From Cyanobacteria bacterium UBA2566 (GTDB taxonomy: Bacteria; Cyanobacteriota; Cyanobacteriia; Cyanobacteriales; Desertifilaceae), in the NCBI GenBank assembly GCA_002340255.1, contig DDLS01000154.1, forward strand, positions 23,444 to 55,443: a stretch of 32,000 nt of DNA, written 5' to 3'. This document shows positions 21,001 through 28,272 of the stretch, piece after piece (the first letter of the stretch is position 1; each line of letters begins with the position of its first letter). Made by a program: the position numbers and the translations under genes. The notes under the pieces were generated by a model. The model did not search any database, was not told the origin of the DNA, and saw nothing but the letters and a program-made list of their open reading frames with translations.

Positions 21001-22300
21001 ATGGCATGACTTGAGTCGGCACTTGTACCGGTGTTTCTGACCACTCAATATAAGGATTTGGGTTTTGAAAATGTAAGTGAGGAGCAATTGTTTTATGTTG
21101 AAGCTGCAAAACAACTTTAATTAAACCCGCAATTCCTGAAGCCGCTTCTGCATGACCAATATTTGTTTTTACCGAGCCAATGAAGACCGGATTTTGGGGG
21201 GAGTGACTGTCTTTAAAAATCGCTCTTAAAGCCCCAACTTCAATGGGGTCCCCTAAAGCCGTTCCTGTACCATGAGCTTCAATATAGCTGACTTCTTTTG
21301 GGTCTAGTTGGCTATTCTTGAGAGCTTGAGCAATTACCGCTTGCTGTGAGATGCCGTTGGGAACGGTTAATCCACTGGTCTGACCATCTTGATTGATGGC
21401 TGTTCCTCGAATAATTGCTAATACCCGATCGCCGTCAGCTTGGGCATCAGATAAACGTTTGAGGACAACTATTCCACAGCCTTCACTGCGCACAAATCCA
21501 TCGGCTTTAGCATCAAATGTTTTGCATCTGCCATCAGCCGATAACATTCTGGCTCTAGAATGGTTGATATGAATTAAGGGTGAAATCAGGAAATTTACAC
21601 CTCCGGCTAGAGCGACATGGCTTTCTCTATTTCTTAAGCTGGCACAAGCTAAATGTAGGCTAACGAGTGAGGATGAACAGGCGGTATCTACAGCAAAGTT
21701 TGGCCCGACTAATCCTAAACTATAGGAAAGTCTTCCTGATGCGGTACTATTGGCATTCCCGCTAATCATATAGGCATCAATTTCTTTGAGATCCCGACTA
21801 GCTAACTTTTGCAGATAGTCATGGGTACTAATGCCAATGAAAACCCCTGTTTTGGTTCCCATTAAATGTTGGGGATTAATGGTGGCATGTTCTAAGGCTT
21901 CCCACGTGACTTCTAAAAGCAATCGTTGCTGAGGATCGAGAGAGGTTGCTTCTTTCGCTGAAAGGTTGAAAAATTCTGCGTCAAATTCTTTTAATGGGTT
22001 GACAAAACCCCCAGATTGTGTGTAGATTGTGCCGGGAGTTTCTGGGTTAGGGTCATAGTAGTCTTCGAGATTCCAGCGATTTTGAGGAATTTCTGTAATC
22101 GCATCGGTTCCTTCAGATAAAAGGTTCCAGAAGGATTCTGGGCTATTGACTCCTCCTGGAAATCGACAGCCTAGACCGACGATCGCAATTGGCTCTTGAT
22201 GAGAGTTTTCTAGTTTCTTGAGTTTAGATTCTAATTTTTCTATGGCTAAGAGCGATCGCTGTAAAGGAGTTAATTGTCGTAGCTTGTTGGCTTTGTCCAT
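12029..22300 (-). CDS. Type I modular PKS, bimodular (3423 aa): module 2 KS-AT-KR-ACP and module 3 KS-AT0-cMT-KR0-ACP, with N- and C-terminal docking helices.
   Basis: Uninterrupted ORF with ATG at 22298-22300, preceded on the minus strand by GGGGG (SD-like) 11 nt after the upstream stop. It has two full KS motif sets (Cys codons at 21677-21679 and 17165-17167) and two ACP GMDSL serines (17855-17857 and 12320-12322). The N-terminus LTPLQRSLLAIEKLESKLKKLE is a coiled-coil docking type. Confidence 0.95.
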   Translation of the reverse strand: MDKANKLRQLTPLQRSLLAIEKLESKLKKLENSHQEPIAIVGLGCRFPGGVNSPESFWNLLSEGTDAITEIPQNRWNLEDYYDPNPETPGTIYTQSGGFVNPLKEFDAEFFNLSAKEATSLDPQQRLLLEVTWEALEHATINPQHLMGTKTGVFIGISTHDYLQKLASRDLKEIDAYMISGNANSTASGRLSYSLGLVGPNFAVDTACSSSLVSLHLACASLRNRESHVALAGGVNFLISPLIHINHSRARMLSADGRCKTFDAKADGFVRSEGCGIVVLKRLSDAQADGDRVLAIIRGTAINQDGQTSGLTVPNGISQQAVIAQALKNSQLDPKEVSYIEAHGTGTALGDPIEVGALRAIFKDSHSPQNPVFIGSVKTNIGHAEAASGIAGLIKVVLQLQHKTIAPHLHFQNPNPYIEWSETPVQVPTQVMPWTTENQSRIAGVSSFGFSGSNAHVIVEEASHIKVKSPRQESERSYHLLTLSAKTKPALSDLVNRYRNHIQDYPDLELNDICYSANTGRAHFKYRLAILASSKQELIQKLQDAEQEKEESKVGKLLRSGEAPKLAFLFTGQGSQYLNMGRQLYETEPVFQKAIQECDRILKTELDYSLIDVLYPDEVDPNVSDLLHQTQYTQPVLFSLEYALVQLWKSWGVEPDSVMGHSVGEYVAACVAGVFNLAEGLKLIAARGRLMQKLPEGGGMLAVRAAEYRVRDWIRAYGNQVSIAAINGQSNVVISGELLSLEKIAQALEKETIKTKFLQVSHAFHSPLMEPILEEFDSIARQVNYRQPSIPIISNVTGTKVDRDIATATYWVNHIQESVRFAQSMETLGKTGYGVFVEIGPQPILLGMGSQCLPENKGIWLPSLRPGIEDSIQILSSLGQLYSQGVDIDWSHFWQDYKRKKVDLPTYPFQGKTYWIESDRQDKTIQKDRGLDLEKYFYHLQWQPVDRVEKPVECPPGNWLIFVDDCQSLSDSLGTLLREKNKKVSWVYKGSGYEQIAENEYRVNPEHPQDFEDLLETLHLAGREHFETLLYLWSLDTPPTEQLNLERLKVAQDFGCGGVLHLVQALLKGTSLGKLWMVTRGAQSVSLTPERVNVATSPLWGWGTVLSLEHPQLWGGLVDLDGEKQEGEAQKLWRLIDNLEKEDRLAVRGEQIYCSRLLQLPVSEPKPVVLDPDGLYLITGGTGALGWHTAQWMVNQGAKHLLLVSRREPSGQKRAKIRELEEEGVEIQVVLADVRDRQQLSLIRQHQSRDRPLKGIIHAAGVVAIEPIEEISLGQLQEMMAAKVLGGWNLHQLSQDLDLDCFVTFSSIAAVWGSIGQAHYSAANAFLNGLVHYRQAQGLPGLSVNWGPWSGGGMAGEKELQELSKRGVNPLSPQQAIAALEQIWHSGRAQTTIANVDWTILAPLYQTGRQRRLLDEIPVDLPQSSSPEQTSEILQQIQAAPKHQQKELLLTCVQQEVAKVLGLSSNQLPNREQGFFELGMDSLMAVDLGTNLTRLLGVRLPSTLTFDFPNIEQLSHYLATEQLTVDPAPTPAQSAPPSSSLKEPIAIIGIGCRFPGGATDLDRFWQVLATGTNTRQEIPPDRWDFESVGDQIATPYGNFLSEVDRFDPTFFGIAPREATALDPQQRLLLEVTWEALERACAVPQRLAQQPVGVFIGNDGQDYAELVHQHLAQEPDSPIALHAGVGNTFSGMAGRLSYTLGLTGPAIAIDTACSSSLVALHQACNSLRLGECEMAIAGGVKLHLTPTSYLLASQANMLSADGLCKTFDATADGYSRGEGCAIAILKRWSDAQKDGNPVLAIIRGSAVNQDGPSSGFTVPNGQAQQRLIRQALRQAEIDPQEIGYLEAHGTGTSLGDPIELNAAAAVLGEGRSQDCPLWVGSVKTNIGHLEAAAGISGVVKVVLAMQHQTLPPHLNFNQPNPKIDWDNSAIAVPTQLTPWTVPGKRYAGVSSFGFTGVNAHVILEEAPAPDPQDPSVNPSDRPYHLVTLSAKTETALQELVTRVQRHLESHPHVKLADLAYSLNTGRAHLEHRLAPIAFSLQDLQEKLYRWQTGQQTPELWSGDLPSLMSSPKVAFLFPGEPLDSGNWGENLYKQSPIFKAAIDECDRLLSSQFPSSIVQFLYSHSQESQPEQPIRRSALFALEYALCQLWMSWGIEPDLLFGHDVGEYVAACVAGVFSLEDALRLITADSTHLTSIAQAIVYSPPRIPLLAIADSHPPISTPDYWITPRQLPYPWAEKIQTLQAQAEYLFLELGQTPSLSTTEQHSTPQKPDNYFLSLSSQGQEWQQLLSSLAQLYVRGVNGDWLGFDRPYLPNRKPLTLPTYPFQRERYWLKTPHSVLTQNQSSVNPNPPLPETPEILAQNLQQFGDLSPSEIALLPKLLDLLKQYQNNPQDPPIEPDPLAPWLYELHWKPKANFSGDRAAKFLPSPQDLYSTLNTTSQRLLAENDLQNYTEISAHLESLSVDYIIQCLQEIGWSYPVGEQLETATLIDRFGILPSASRLFNRMLQILAEEGILNQENHHWQVLQPLPEVNPKRQHQNLLNQYSTAKAELTLLGRCASQLSQVLRGTIDPVQLVFPQGDFTDAIEMYQGSPAAKVMNELIENVVVNSLKTIPDRQGIKILEIGAGTGGTTRSVLPHFAPEQTQYLFTDVGSLFTTKAQQKFQDYKFVTYQTLDIEVNPNTQGVESHHYDIIIAANVLHATRSLQETLSHVRQLLAPGGLLILLEANIQIRWVDLIFGLLEGWWRFEDTELRPDYPLLSREQWKKLLQETGFSQAITVPEFDPMPLVLSQQAVVVAQADKTGESSPQSLEKNWLIFADRQCLGQALAKTLDSRQENYRLVVPGEGINPQNPQEFDDLLTSFSLSSSTQTHVVYLWGLDSPGLEQMSPEAIQENLSWHSQSLLYLVQSLSRLNRLSSCRLWIATQDSQLVVADSSLSGLAQSFLWGMGLTISLEYPELWGGLIDLDPQVSWDESSRILCTEIDTPEGEDRIAFRGQSRYVQRLVKPDRQFSRSQTLDRNATYIVAGELGGLSLPITEWMVAQGFRDLVLISPEQPSPDQNAQINQLQNQGALIRLIQADLTGWEEVQRVFAELDRDRLPLKGIIYTFKLSNITRITEKLFSELKMEVHRGMLGLWNLHRITQNRELDCFVNCSSLASVVGLSGQIQQGASDYFADSVVRYRQIQGLSGLTLNWGVLSVGNLRGETELTEFKKRGVCALSTDTAKLTLTRMLQRKQGQAMVADIDWSIFKPLYEMGRQRLLLEEIELQSLSHEGQEQTGQILEQVNQASESERMDLVIGHIQQQTMRVLGLKEIQMPRAEQGFFEMGMDSLTSVEFKTRLEADFHCALPTTLVFEFPNILSLAEYIGRKVMGWDREDAEEMSQSGSNQLLEQEMEELTVDVGQLSEQEMEDLINQEWAELGLENDE
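12215..12440 (-). other. ACP3 carrier domain.
   Basis: FFEMGMDSLTSVEFKTRL; Ser codon at 12320-12322. Confidence 0.85.
12570..13870 (-). other. KR0: a degenerate ketoreductase-like domain in module 3.
   Basis: The NADPH motif reads YIVAGELGGLS (about 13221-13252) instead of YLITGGxGxLG. The AAKVxGxWNLH lysine region reads EVHRGMLGLWNLH. The catalytic Tyr position is Gln (GQIQQGASDYFAD; Gln codon 12806-12808). Confidence 0.8.
13950..14960 (-). other. cMT3 C-methyltransferase domain (approximate bounds).
   Basis: KILEIGAGTGGTT (14411-14449), AANVLHAT, LLAPGGLLILLE, LLEGWWRF. Confidence 0.8.
15326..16090 (-). other. AT0: a degenerate, truncated acyltransferase remnant in module 3.
   Basis: FLFPGEPLDSG replaces FLFTGQGSQ. 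GHDVGEY replaces GHSVGEY (Asp codon 15812-15814). LRLITADSTHL replaces L(K/R)L(I/M)AARG(R/K)L(M/I)Q, so the Arg is lost. There is no HAFH motif. The distance from the FLF motif to YPFQ is about 253 aa, against about 343 aa in AT1. Confidence 0.85.
16403..17674 (-). other. KS3 ketosynthase domain with an intact catalytic triad.
   Basis: AIDTACSSS (Cys 17165-17167), EAHGTGTSLGDP, KTNIGHLEAAAG. Confidence 0.85.
17741..17968 (-). other. ACP2 carrier domain.
   Basis: FFELGMDSLMAVDL; Ser codon at 17855-17857. Confidence 0.85.
18086..19438 (-). other. KR2 ketoreductase domain, intact and A-type-like.
   Basis: YLITGGTGALG, AAKVLGGWNLH, FSSIAAVWGSIGQAHYSAANAF. The K/S/Y set is complete, a Trp sits 8 residues before the Tyr, and there is no LDD motif. 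Confidence 0.8.
19751..20605 (-). other. AT2 acyltransferase domain (malonyl-type).
   Basis: FLFTGQGSQ, GHSVGEY, AARGRLMQ, VSHAFHS. Confidence 0.85.
20915..22195 (-). other. KS2 ketosynthase domain.
   Basis: AVDTACSSS (Cys 21677-21679), EAHGTGTALGDP, KTNIGHAEAASG. Confidence 0.85.
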
Positions 22301-22311
22301 GATGTACCCCC

Positions 22312-25300
22312 CTAATCCTCCAGTAGTGCATTCAATTTTTGATTAATCAATTCTTCAACTTCTTCTTCTGACAGGTCTTGTATTAGAGCATATCTTTCTT
22401 CAAGATCTTCCTCTAGGGTATCCTCCTGTTGTTCGGGAATAGAAGATGGGCTATTGGCTATGGGTGAGCCAGATAATTGTTGAAGCAGGTATTCAACTAA
22501 CTTGTCGATTGTCGGATAGTCAAATGCCAGGGTCGAGGGCAGAGTGATTTCCAAGTTTCTTTGTAGTTTATTGCGTAATTCAACGGAAGTCAAAGAATCC
22601 ATTCCCAGTTCAAAAAACTTATCTTCTAATCCAATTTCGCTAACGTTCTTAAGACCTAATATTGGGCCCATCTGATTCCGCAGATGAGAGATGAGCAGCG
22701 ATCGCCGCTCTTTGGGCGTAGCATTGCTTAACTGTTGTGCAATATTTGATTCAACAGTTGGGGTCACCTCAGTCGCTGTGGCTTTCTGTTGCCAATCTTC
22801 CAAGAAGGGAGAATGGGCAATCCGATCTTCCCAGATAGACCAATCCACATTGACAACGCCCACTTCCGTTAACTCTCCAGTCAAGAGAATCGCTAAAGCC
22901 TCTAAAACTTCGTCAGGGGAAATAGCATTTAACCCCTGTTGTTGTAAACGAATATCTGCACCCCGTTCTGCTGCTTCTCCGACTTTGGATACGGTTCCCC
23001 AATGAATACTTAATGCCGGTAGTCCCATACTGCGTCGATAATGAGCTAAATGATCGAGAAAAGCATTAGCAGCAGCATGGTTACTCTGTCCAGAAGAACC
23101 AAACAGAGAAGCAACAGACGAGAACAGAATGAAGAAATCTAAAGGTTGGTTCTTAGTAAGCTGGTGCAAATTCCAAGCCCCTTCTATTTTGGCTTTCATA
23201 ACGGGTTCAAAACTTGACCAAGTTTGATTTTGCAAGACGGCATCCGAGAGCATCCCCGCCGCATGAATCACTCCTGCTAGGGGGTATGGGGAGCGATTAA
23301 TGCGATCGCACACCTGGGTGATTGCGTCTAGATCGGATACATCGGCCCTTTCTACTGTCACGGAACACCCCGATTTCTTCAGTTGAGCTAATTTTTCTGC
23401 GGTTAACGCATCAGGAGAACGGCGACTGAGCAACACCAAATGTTGAGCGCCTTGCTCAATCATCCAACCTGCTACCAGCAAACCTAATCCCCCTAAACCT
23501 CCTGCGATTAGATAAGTCACGTCTTTACCGAGGCTGGGAGGAATGGATGGTGTAGCCAGATCGTTCGGGACTAACCGAGAAACATAACGGCGTTGTCCTC
23601 GAAAAGCCACTTGATTTTCACCCTCCCTTGAATGGAGTTCATCCAATAAGTTTAATGCCTGAGTCTCCACCGATTCTGTTGGGTCAAGATCGACTCGAAC
23701 ACAGTTCAATTCTGGGTGTTCTAAGTCAATTACTTTGGCCATCCCCCATACTGGAGATTGGGCGAGTCCAGATAATAGAGGTTCGGGTTCAGGAAGGGGT
23801 TGCACGCCTTGGGTTACGACCCATAATTTGGGCGGTTGGCTATTCTCAAGTTTGACTAATTCTTGCACTAAGGATAAGGTCGCGCCACATCCTGATTTCA
23901 ACCATTCGTTTAACGGTTCTCTCTGAAGGATATCTCCCCTTTCCAGAGTCCAGCATTGCACCACTCCATATAAACTTGACTGTTGGACAATTTCAGTCAT
24001 CATTTGTCCAAACTCTAAAGGGTGGTGAGGATTAAGGATAAATTCTGCTGCTCCAATCTTTTGATAGTTTTCTCCAGGAAATACCAACGTGCAAGAGTGT
24101 CCGACTGAACGTAAATGGGTCGCTAGGTGCTGGGCAATTCCCTCTGGATCTGCCAAAATCAACCAATGTTGAGAGACTGCTCGGTCTTCGAGTCTAGCGG
24201 TTTCTTCTGCTTGTGCAATCATCACGACTTGGTCAGAAGAGAGGTCTAATTGCCCCGATTGTTCAGGGAGGATGACCGGCTCGCTAAATCCCGTTTCCTT
24301 CAACAGTTGCTGCCATTGCAGCCGATTGAGCAATGGATAATCAGGACGCAATTCATGATCTTGAAATCTCCACCATCCTTCTAACAGTCCAAAAACCAAA
24401 TCTAGCCATAGGTTCTGGGTTGCAACTTCTAATAAGACAATGAGTCCCCCTGGAGCGAGTAACTGATGTACGTTGTTTAAGGTCTGTTTGAGGTTTTCAG
24501 TCGCATGAAGGACATTAGCCGCGATCGCGATATCGTATTGATGTAAATCAACATTCTGTTGTTCGAGATCGCTTTCAATATCTAACGTTTGGTACGAAAC
24601 AAAGGAATAGTCCTGAAATTTTTCTTGTGCTTTCCGGAGAAATAGGGGCCCTAGATCGGTAAAAACATATTGGGTTCGACTCGGTTGAAGGTGGGGGAGA
24701 AGGTAAGCGGTTGTTCCTCCTGTTCCTGCGCCGATTTCTAAGATTCTGACCCCTTGCCTTGGAGGTAACTTTTCTATCACTTGGCTGACTGCGCGTTGGA
24801 CGATGGTATTCATCGCCTGAGCAGTGGGAGACTCTTGATAGAGGTGTGTTGCTGCGGTCAAATCCCCTTCTGGAAAGACTAGCTGTACCGGGTCTATCGC
24901 TCCTCGTAATACGGCACTCAACTGAGACGCACAACGGTGAAGAAGCGTTAATTCGGCAACGATATCTGGATATTTCTGTAATCTCGACTGATAAATTTGA
25001 CTGGGATTTACGGGGGGTAGCTCTTGTACAACTTCCCATTGTTGCGATCGTTTTTTAAGCATTCCTTCTTGAACAAGAACTTGTAAAATCCGATTAAACA
25101 GTTGTTTTTGGCTATTGACGATCCCTAATTTTTGGGTGACTCTCTCTAGTGAAAACAGCTCTGTTGGCTGATAAGACCAGCCCATTTCATCTAGGGCTTG
25201 TATAATATACTCTATACCAATTTTCTCTAATAGAGTCAGAATATTTTCTGAAGTTCCTTCCTTGAGTTCTAACTGACCCAAAATAGATTGACGTTCCATG

Positions 25301-28272
25301 TCTACCGGTTGGATTAACCGGGTCTGACCAAAACCTACTTTTTCTCGCCAATCTATAGAATAAAAATAATCATGAATGCCCGCTTTTCCTAACTCTTGTC
25401 GATGTTGCTTGACCAAACACTTCAGTAATTTGGGAAGTAAATCAACTTCATGAGGACTAAAATCTTCAACCGTTCTCAATCGTTCAGTTAAAGGCGATAT
25501 CTCGCCCTGATTCAATAAGTTGATAATTGATGTTCCTTCGTTAATTTCAGAATCTTCTATCCAATACTTTTCTCCTTGAAATGGATAAGTCGGCAAAGAA
25601 ACTTTCTGTCCAGAGAAACCAAAACTTTCATAAAATCCTAACCAATTTACCTTCGCCCCTTTTACATAGAATTCCCCTAAACTAGAGAGCATTTGTTGCC
25701 ATTCTGGTATTCCTGGACGTAAGGAAGGCAAGCATAGGCCGCCTTCCTCAGGTAAACACTCTCTTCCCATGCCCAACAATACAGGTTTTGGCCCAATTTC
25801 CAAGAAATTTTCATATCCTTGCTCACATAAGGTCACCATGCTTTGTGCAAATCTAACCGGTTCTTTGATATGATTCACCCAATATTGAGCAGTGCTGACT
25901 TCTTCTCCAACTTTTATACCTGTCACATTAGAAACTAACGGGATTTTGGGCTGACGATAAGTTACTCTTTTAGCTATCGCTTCAAATTCAGCTATCATGG
26001 GTTCCATCAATGGGGAATGAAAGGCATGGGAGACTTGTAGCGTTTTAGTTTTAATTCCCAGACTTTCTAATTGACTACAAATTGCTGCTAAAGCTTCTAT
26101 TTCCCCTGATATGACAATACTTCGTTGCCCATTAAAAGCGGCGATACTAACTTGTTTAGAATAGTTCTTTATGACTGCTTTGACTTGAGTTTCCGATGCT
26201 AATACAGAGACCATTTGGCCGCCGGGAGGCAAGCGTTGCATTAATTGTCCCCGCATGGCGATTAGTTTCAAACCTTCTTCTAAGGTGAAGACTCCGGAAA
26301 TACAAGCAGCGACATATTCTCCGACACTATGACCCATCACAATACTGGGTTTTATTCCCCAAGATTCCCATAGTTTAGCTAAGGCATACTCTACAGCAAA
26401 GAGAGCGGGTTGGGTATAAGCAGTTTGGTGAATGAGAGAGGCCTCAAGGGGCTGAGATTCATCAGGATATAAAACTTTTAATAGAGGGACTTCTAAATAG
26501 GATTTTAGAATTGTGTCACATTCGTCTAAAACCTGGCGAAAAGTTGGGTGTCTTTCATATAATTGTCGTCCCATATTGATAGATTGAGACCCTTGACCGG
26601 TAAATAGAAAAGCCACATCTTGAGAGTGGGCTGACGGTGCTGTTCCTCGAATGACCCCGTAGGTGTAAGGTTGGTTGACAAATTCTAAGAGTTTTTCCTC
26701 TAACTCTTGCTTCGACTCAGCCACGATTGCTAGTCTTTCTTCAAAATGCGCCCGTCCTAGGGTACTGGTATAGCAAATGTCTGCTATTTCAGATTCATTC
26801 TGAGATTGTAAATAAGGGATATAATTCTGGGCTAAGTCTTGCAGCGCGGGTTTGGTTTTAGCACTAAGCGTTAATATATTGAATGAAGGAGCTAGTTCTG
26901 TTTGTAGTTTGTCTTGTTCGGGCGGTTCTTCCAAAACGATATGAGCGTTGACTCCTCCAAAACCAAAGGAACTTACTCCGGCTCGCCTAGGAACTATTTC
27001 TCCATTTTCTGTAATTAGTGGTTTCCATTCTTGAGTTTCTCTGACTAGATAAAATGGTGTGTGCTTTAAGTCTATTCGAGTATTGAGTTTCTGGAAGTTA
27101 ATGATTTTAGGTATTTTTTTGTTTTTTATCGATAATAAAACTTTGATTAATCCAGCTATTCCGGCGGCGGCTTCTGTATGCCCAATATTCGTTTTTACTG
27201 CTCCTAGACCACAGTAGGGATTTTGTGGTGCTGGGATTCCATAGTGTTGATGGAGTTGTTTGAAACTCCGTTTGAGACTATTGATTTCTATGGGATCTCC
27301 CAAGGGTGTTCCTGTACCATGGGTTTCTATGTAAGAAACGGTGTTAGGCGCGATATTGGCTTGGGTATAGGCAGCTCGTAGAACTTGAGTTTGAGCATAA
27401 ATATTAGGAGCGGTTAATGTTCTTGCTTTGCCCCCATGATTGACGGCACTTCCTTTGATAACACCATAAATTTGATCTCGGTCTAATCGGGCTTGTTCTA
27501 GAGGTTTTAATAGGATTATTCCGGCTCCTTCTCCTCTAACATAGCCATCGGCTTGGCTATCAAATGTTTTGCATTGCCCTGTTGGAGATAACATGCCGAG
27601 CTGACTGAATGATATATAGCTGGTGGGAGTGCATAATATATTGATTCCACCTACAAGTGCCATTTGGCATTCTTGTGCTTGAATGGAATTGATGGCTTGG
27701 TGCAGAGCAACTAGAGAACTCGAACAAGCGGTATCTACGGGCACACTAGGACCATGAAAGTTAAAGAAATAAGAGATTCTGTTAGCAATCATGCAGGTGT
27801 ACGTTCCTGTGGCGGTATGTCCCTGAATATTGCCATTTTGATGTTGTATTTGATTATAGTCAGAGTTGCAAACACCGATAAATACTCCTATCTGGTTTCC
27901 GGAGAGTTCTAACGGTGAATAACCTGCATCTTCTAAACAAGACCAACTCAATTCTAGGAGAATCCTCTGTTGAGGGTCTATTCGACTGGCTTCCCTTGGC
28001 GAAATCCCGAAAAATCCGGCATCAAATTTATCAATGCCTTCGATTAATCCGGACCATTTACTAATCGTTTTGTTGGCAGTCTCTGGAATGGAAGAGTAAA
28101 ATTTGTCAATATCCCATCTCTGGGATGTGGTAGTGATACTATTGACTCCTTGGAGTAAATTATTCCAGTATTCACTGTAGCTTTTTGCGCCAGGGAAGCG
28201 ACAGCTTATGCCCACAACAGCTATGGATCGCTCATGGTGATTGGTTTCGTTCTCATTCGTTGCAGAAATCAT
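22312..28272 (-). CDS. Type I modular PKS, module 1: KS-AT-cMT-KR(Tyr->His)-ACP plus a C-terminal docking helix. It is the first gene of the PKS operon.
   Basis: Uninterrupted 1989-codon ORF. Motifs: KS DTACSSS / HGTGT / NIGHTEAAAG; AT GHSVGEY and HAFHS; cMT LEIGAGTGGTT, ANVLHAT and LLEGWW; KR YLIAGGLGGLG; ACP LGMDSLTSVEL; acidic C-terminal helix EEEVEELINQKLNALLED. The ORF-track start at 28281 is TTG. The first ATG is at 28272 (MISATNE...) and I prefer it. Stop codon TAG at 22312-22314. Confidence 0.93.
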   Translation of the reverse strand: MISATNENETNHHERSIAVVGISCRFPGAKSYSEYWNNLLQGVNSITTTSQRWDIDKFYSSIPETANKTISKWSGLIEGIDKFDAGFFGISPREASRIDPQQRILLELSWSCLEDAGYSPLELSGNQIGVFIGVCNSDYNQIQHQNGNIQGHTATGTYTCMIANRISYFFNFHGPSVPVDTACSSSLVALHQAINSIQAQECQMALVGGINILCTPTSYISFSQLGMLSPTGQCKTFDSQADGYVRGEGAGIILLKPLEQARLDRDQIYGVIKGSAVNHGGKARTLTAPNIYAQTQVLRAAYTQANIAPNTVSYIETHGTGTPLGDPIEINSLKRSFKQLHQHYGIPAPQNPYCGLGAVKTNIGHTEAAAGIAGLIKVLLSIKNKKIPKIINFQKLNTRIDLKHTPFYLVRETQEWKPLITENGEIVPRRAGVSSFGFGGVNAHIVLEEPPEQDKLQTELAPSFNILTLSAKTKPALQDLAQNYIPYLQSQNESEIADICYTSTLGRAHFEERLAIVAESKQELEEKLLEFVNQPYTYGVIRGTAPSAHSQDVAFLFTGQGSQSINMGRQLYERHPTFRQVLDECDTILKSYLEVPLLKVLYPDESQPLEASLIHQTAYTQPALFAVEYALAKLWESWGIKPSIVMGHSVGEYVAACISGVFTLEEGLKLIAMRGQLMQRLPPGGQMVSVLASETQVKAVIKNYSKQVSIAAFNGQRSIVISGEIEALAAICSQLESLGIKTKTLQVSHAFHSPLMEPMIAEFEAIAKRVTYRQPKIPLVSNVTGIKVGEEVSTAQYWVNHIKEPVRFAQSMVTLCEQGYENFLEIGPKPVLLGMGRECLPEEGGLCLPSLRPGIPEWQQMLSSLGEFYVKGAKVNWLGFYESFGFSGQKVSLPTYPFQGEKYWIEDSEINEGTSIINLLNQGEISPLTERLRTVEDFSPHEVDLLPKLLKCLVKQHRQELGKAGIHDYFYSIDWREKVGFGQTRLIQPVDMERQSILGQLELKEGTSENILTLLEKIGIEYIIQALDEMGWSYQPTELFSLERVTQKLGIVNSQKQLFNRILQVLVQEGMLKKRSQQWEVVQELPPVNPSQIYQSRLQKYPDIVAELTLLHRCASQLSAVLRGAIDPVQLVFPEGDLTAATHLYQESPTAQAMNTIVQRAVSQVIEKLPPRQGVRILEIGAGTGGTTAYLLPHLQPSRTQYVFTDLGPLFLRKAQEKFQDYSFVSYQTLDIESDLEQQNVDLHQYDIAIAANVLHATENLKQTLNNVHQLLAPGGLIVLLEVATQNLWLDLVFGLLEGWWRFQDHELRPDYPLLNRLQWQQLLKETGFSEPVILPEQSGQLDLSSDQVVMIAQAEETARLEDRAVSQHWLILADPEGIAQHLATHLRSVGHSCTLVFPGENYQKIGAAEFILNPHHPLEFGQMMTEIVQQSSLYGVVQCWTLERGDILQREPLNEWLKSGCGATLSLVQELVKLENSQPPKLWVVTQGVQPLPEPEPLLSGLAQSPVWGMAKVIDLEHPELNCVRVDLDPTESVETQALNLLDELHSREGENQVAFRGQRRYVSRLVPNDLATPSIPPSLGKDVTYLIAGGLGGLGLLVAGWMIEQGAQHLVLLSRRSPDALTAEKLAQLKKSGCSVTVERADVSDLDAITQVCDRINRSPYPLAGVIHAAGMLSDAVLQNQTWSSFEPVMKAKIEGAWNLHQLTKNQPLDFFILFSSVASLFGSSGQSNHAAANAFLDHLAHYRRSMGLPALSIHWGTVSKVGEAAERGADIRLQQQGLNAISPDEVLEALAILLTGELTEVGVVNVDWSIWEDRIAHSPFLEDWQQKATATEVTPTVESNIAQQLSNATPKERRSLLISHLRNQMGPILGLKNVSEIGLEDKFFELGMDSLTSVELRNKLQRNLEITLPSTLAFDYPTIDKLVEYLLQQLSGSPIANSPSSIPEQQEDTLEEDLEERYALIQDLSEEEVEELINQKLNALLED
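22477..22719 (-). other. ACP1 carrier domain.
   Basis: FFELGMDSLTSVELRNKL; Ser codon at 22594-22596. Confidence 0.85.
22792..24174 (-). other. KR1 ketoreductase domain with the catalytic Tyr replaced by His (approximate bounds).
   Basis: YLIAGGLGGLG, HAAGMLSD, KAKIEGAWNLH and FSSVAS are all present, but the motif reads GQSNHAAANAFLD. The His codon is at 23077-23079, where KR2 and KR4 have Tyr. Confidence 0.8.
24247..25254 (-). other. cMT1 C-methyltransferase domain (approximate bounds).
   Basis: RILEIGAGTGGTT, AANVLHAT, LLAPGGLIVLLE, LLEGWWRF. It sits between the AT and KR, as in known PKS cMT modules. Confidence 0.8.
25732..26619 (-). other. AT1 acyltransferase domain with malonyl-type motifs (approximate bounds).
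   Basis: FLFTGQGSQ, GHSVGEY (Ser codon 26326-26328), AMRGQLMQ, VSHAFHS. Confidence 0.85.
26917..28230 (-). other. KS1 ketosynthase domain, divergent subtype (approximate bounds).
   Basis: Cys186 codon at 27724-27726 in VDTACSSSLVALH, plus ETHGTGTPLGDP and KTNIGHTEAAAG. Distinct signatures are GISCRFPGAKSYSEYWNNL, ANRISYFFNFHGPS, SAVNHGGKARTLTAPN and SSFGFGGVNAHIVLEE. Confidence 0.85.

Noticed and set aside
27724-27726. KS1 acting as a decarboxylating KSQ-type loading domain.
   Set aside because: The active-site residue is Cys (TGT; DTACSSS), not Gln, so it is not a KSQ.
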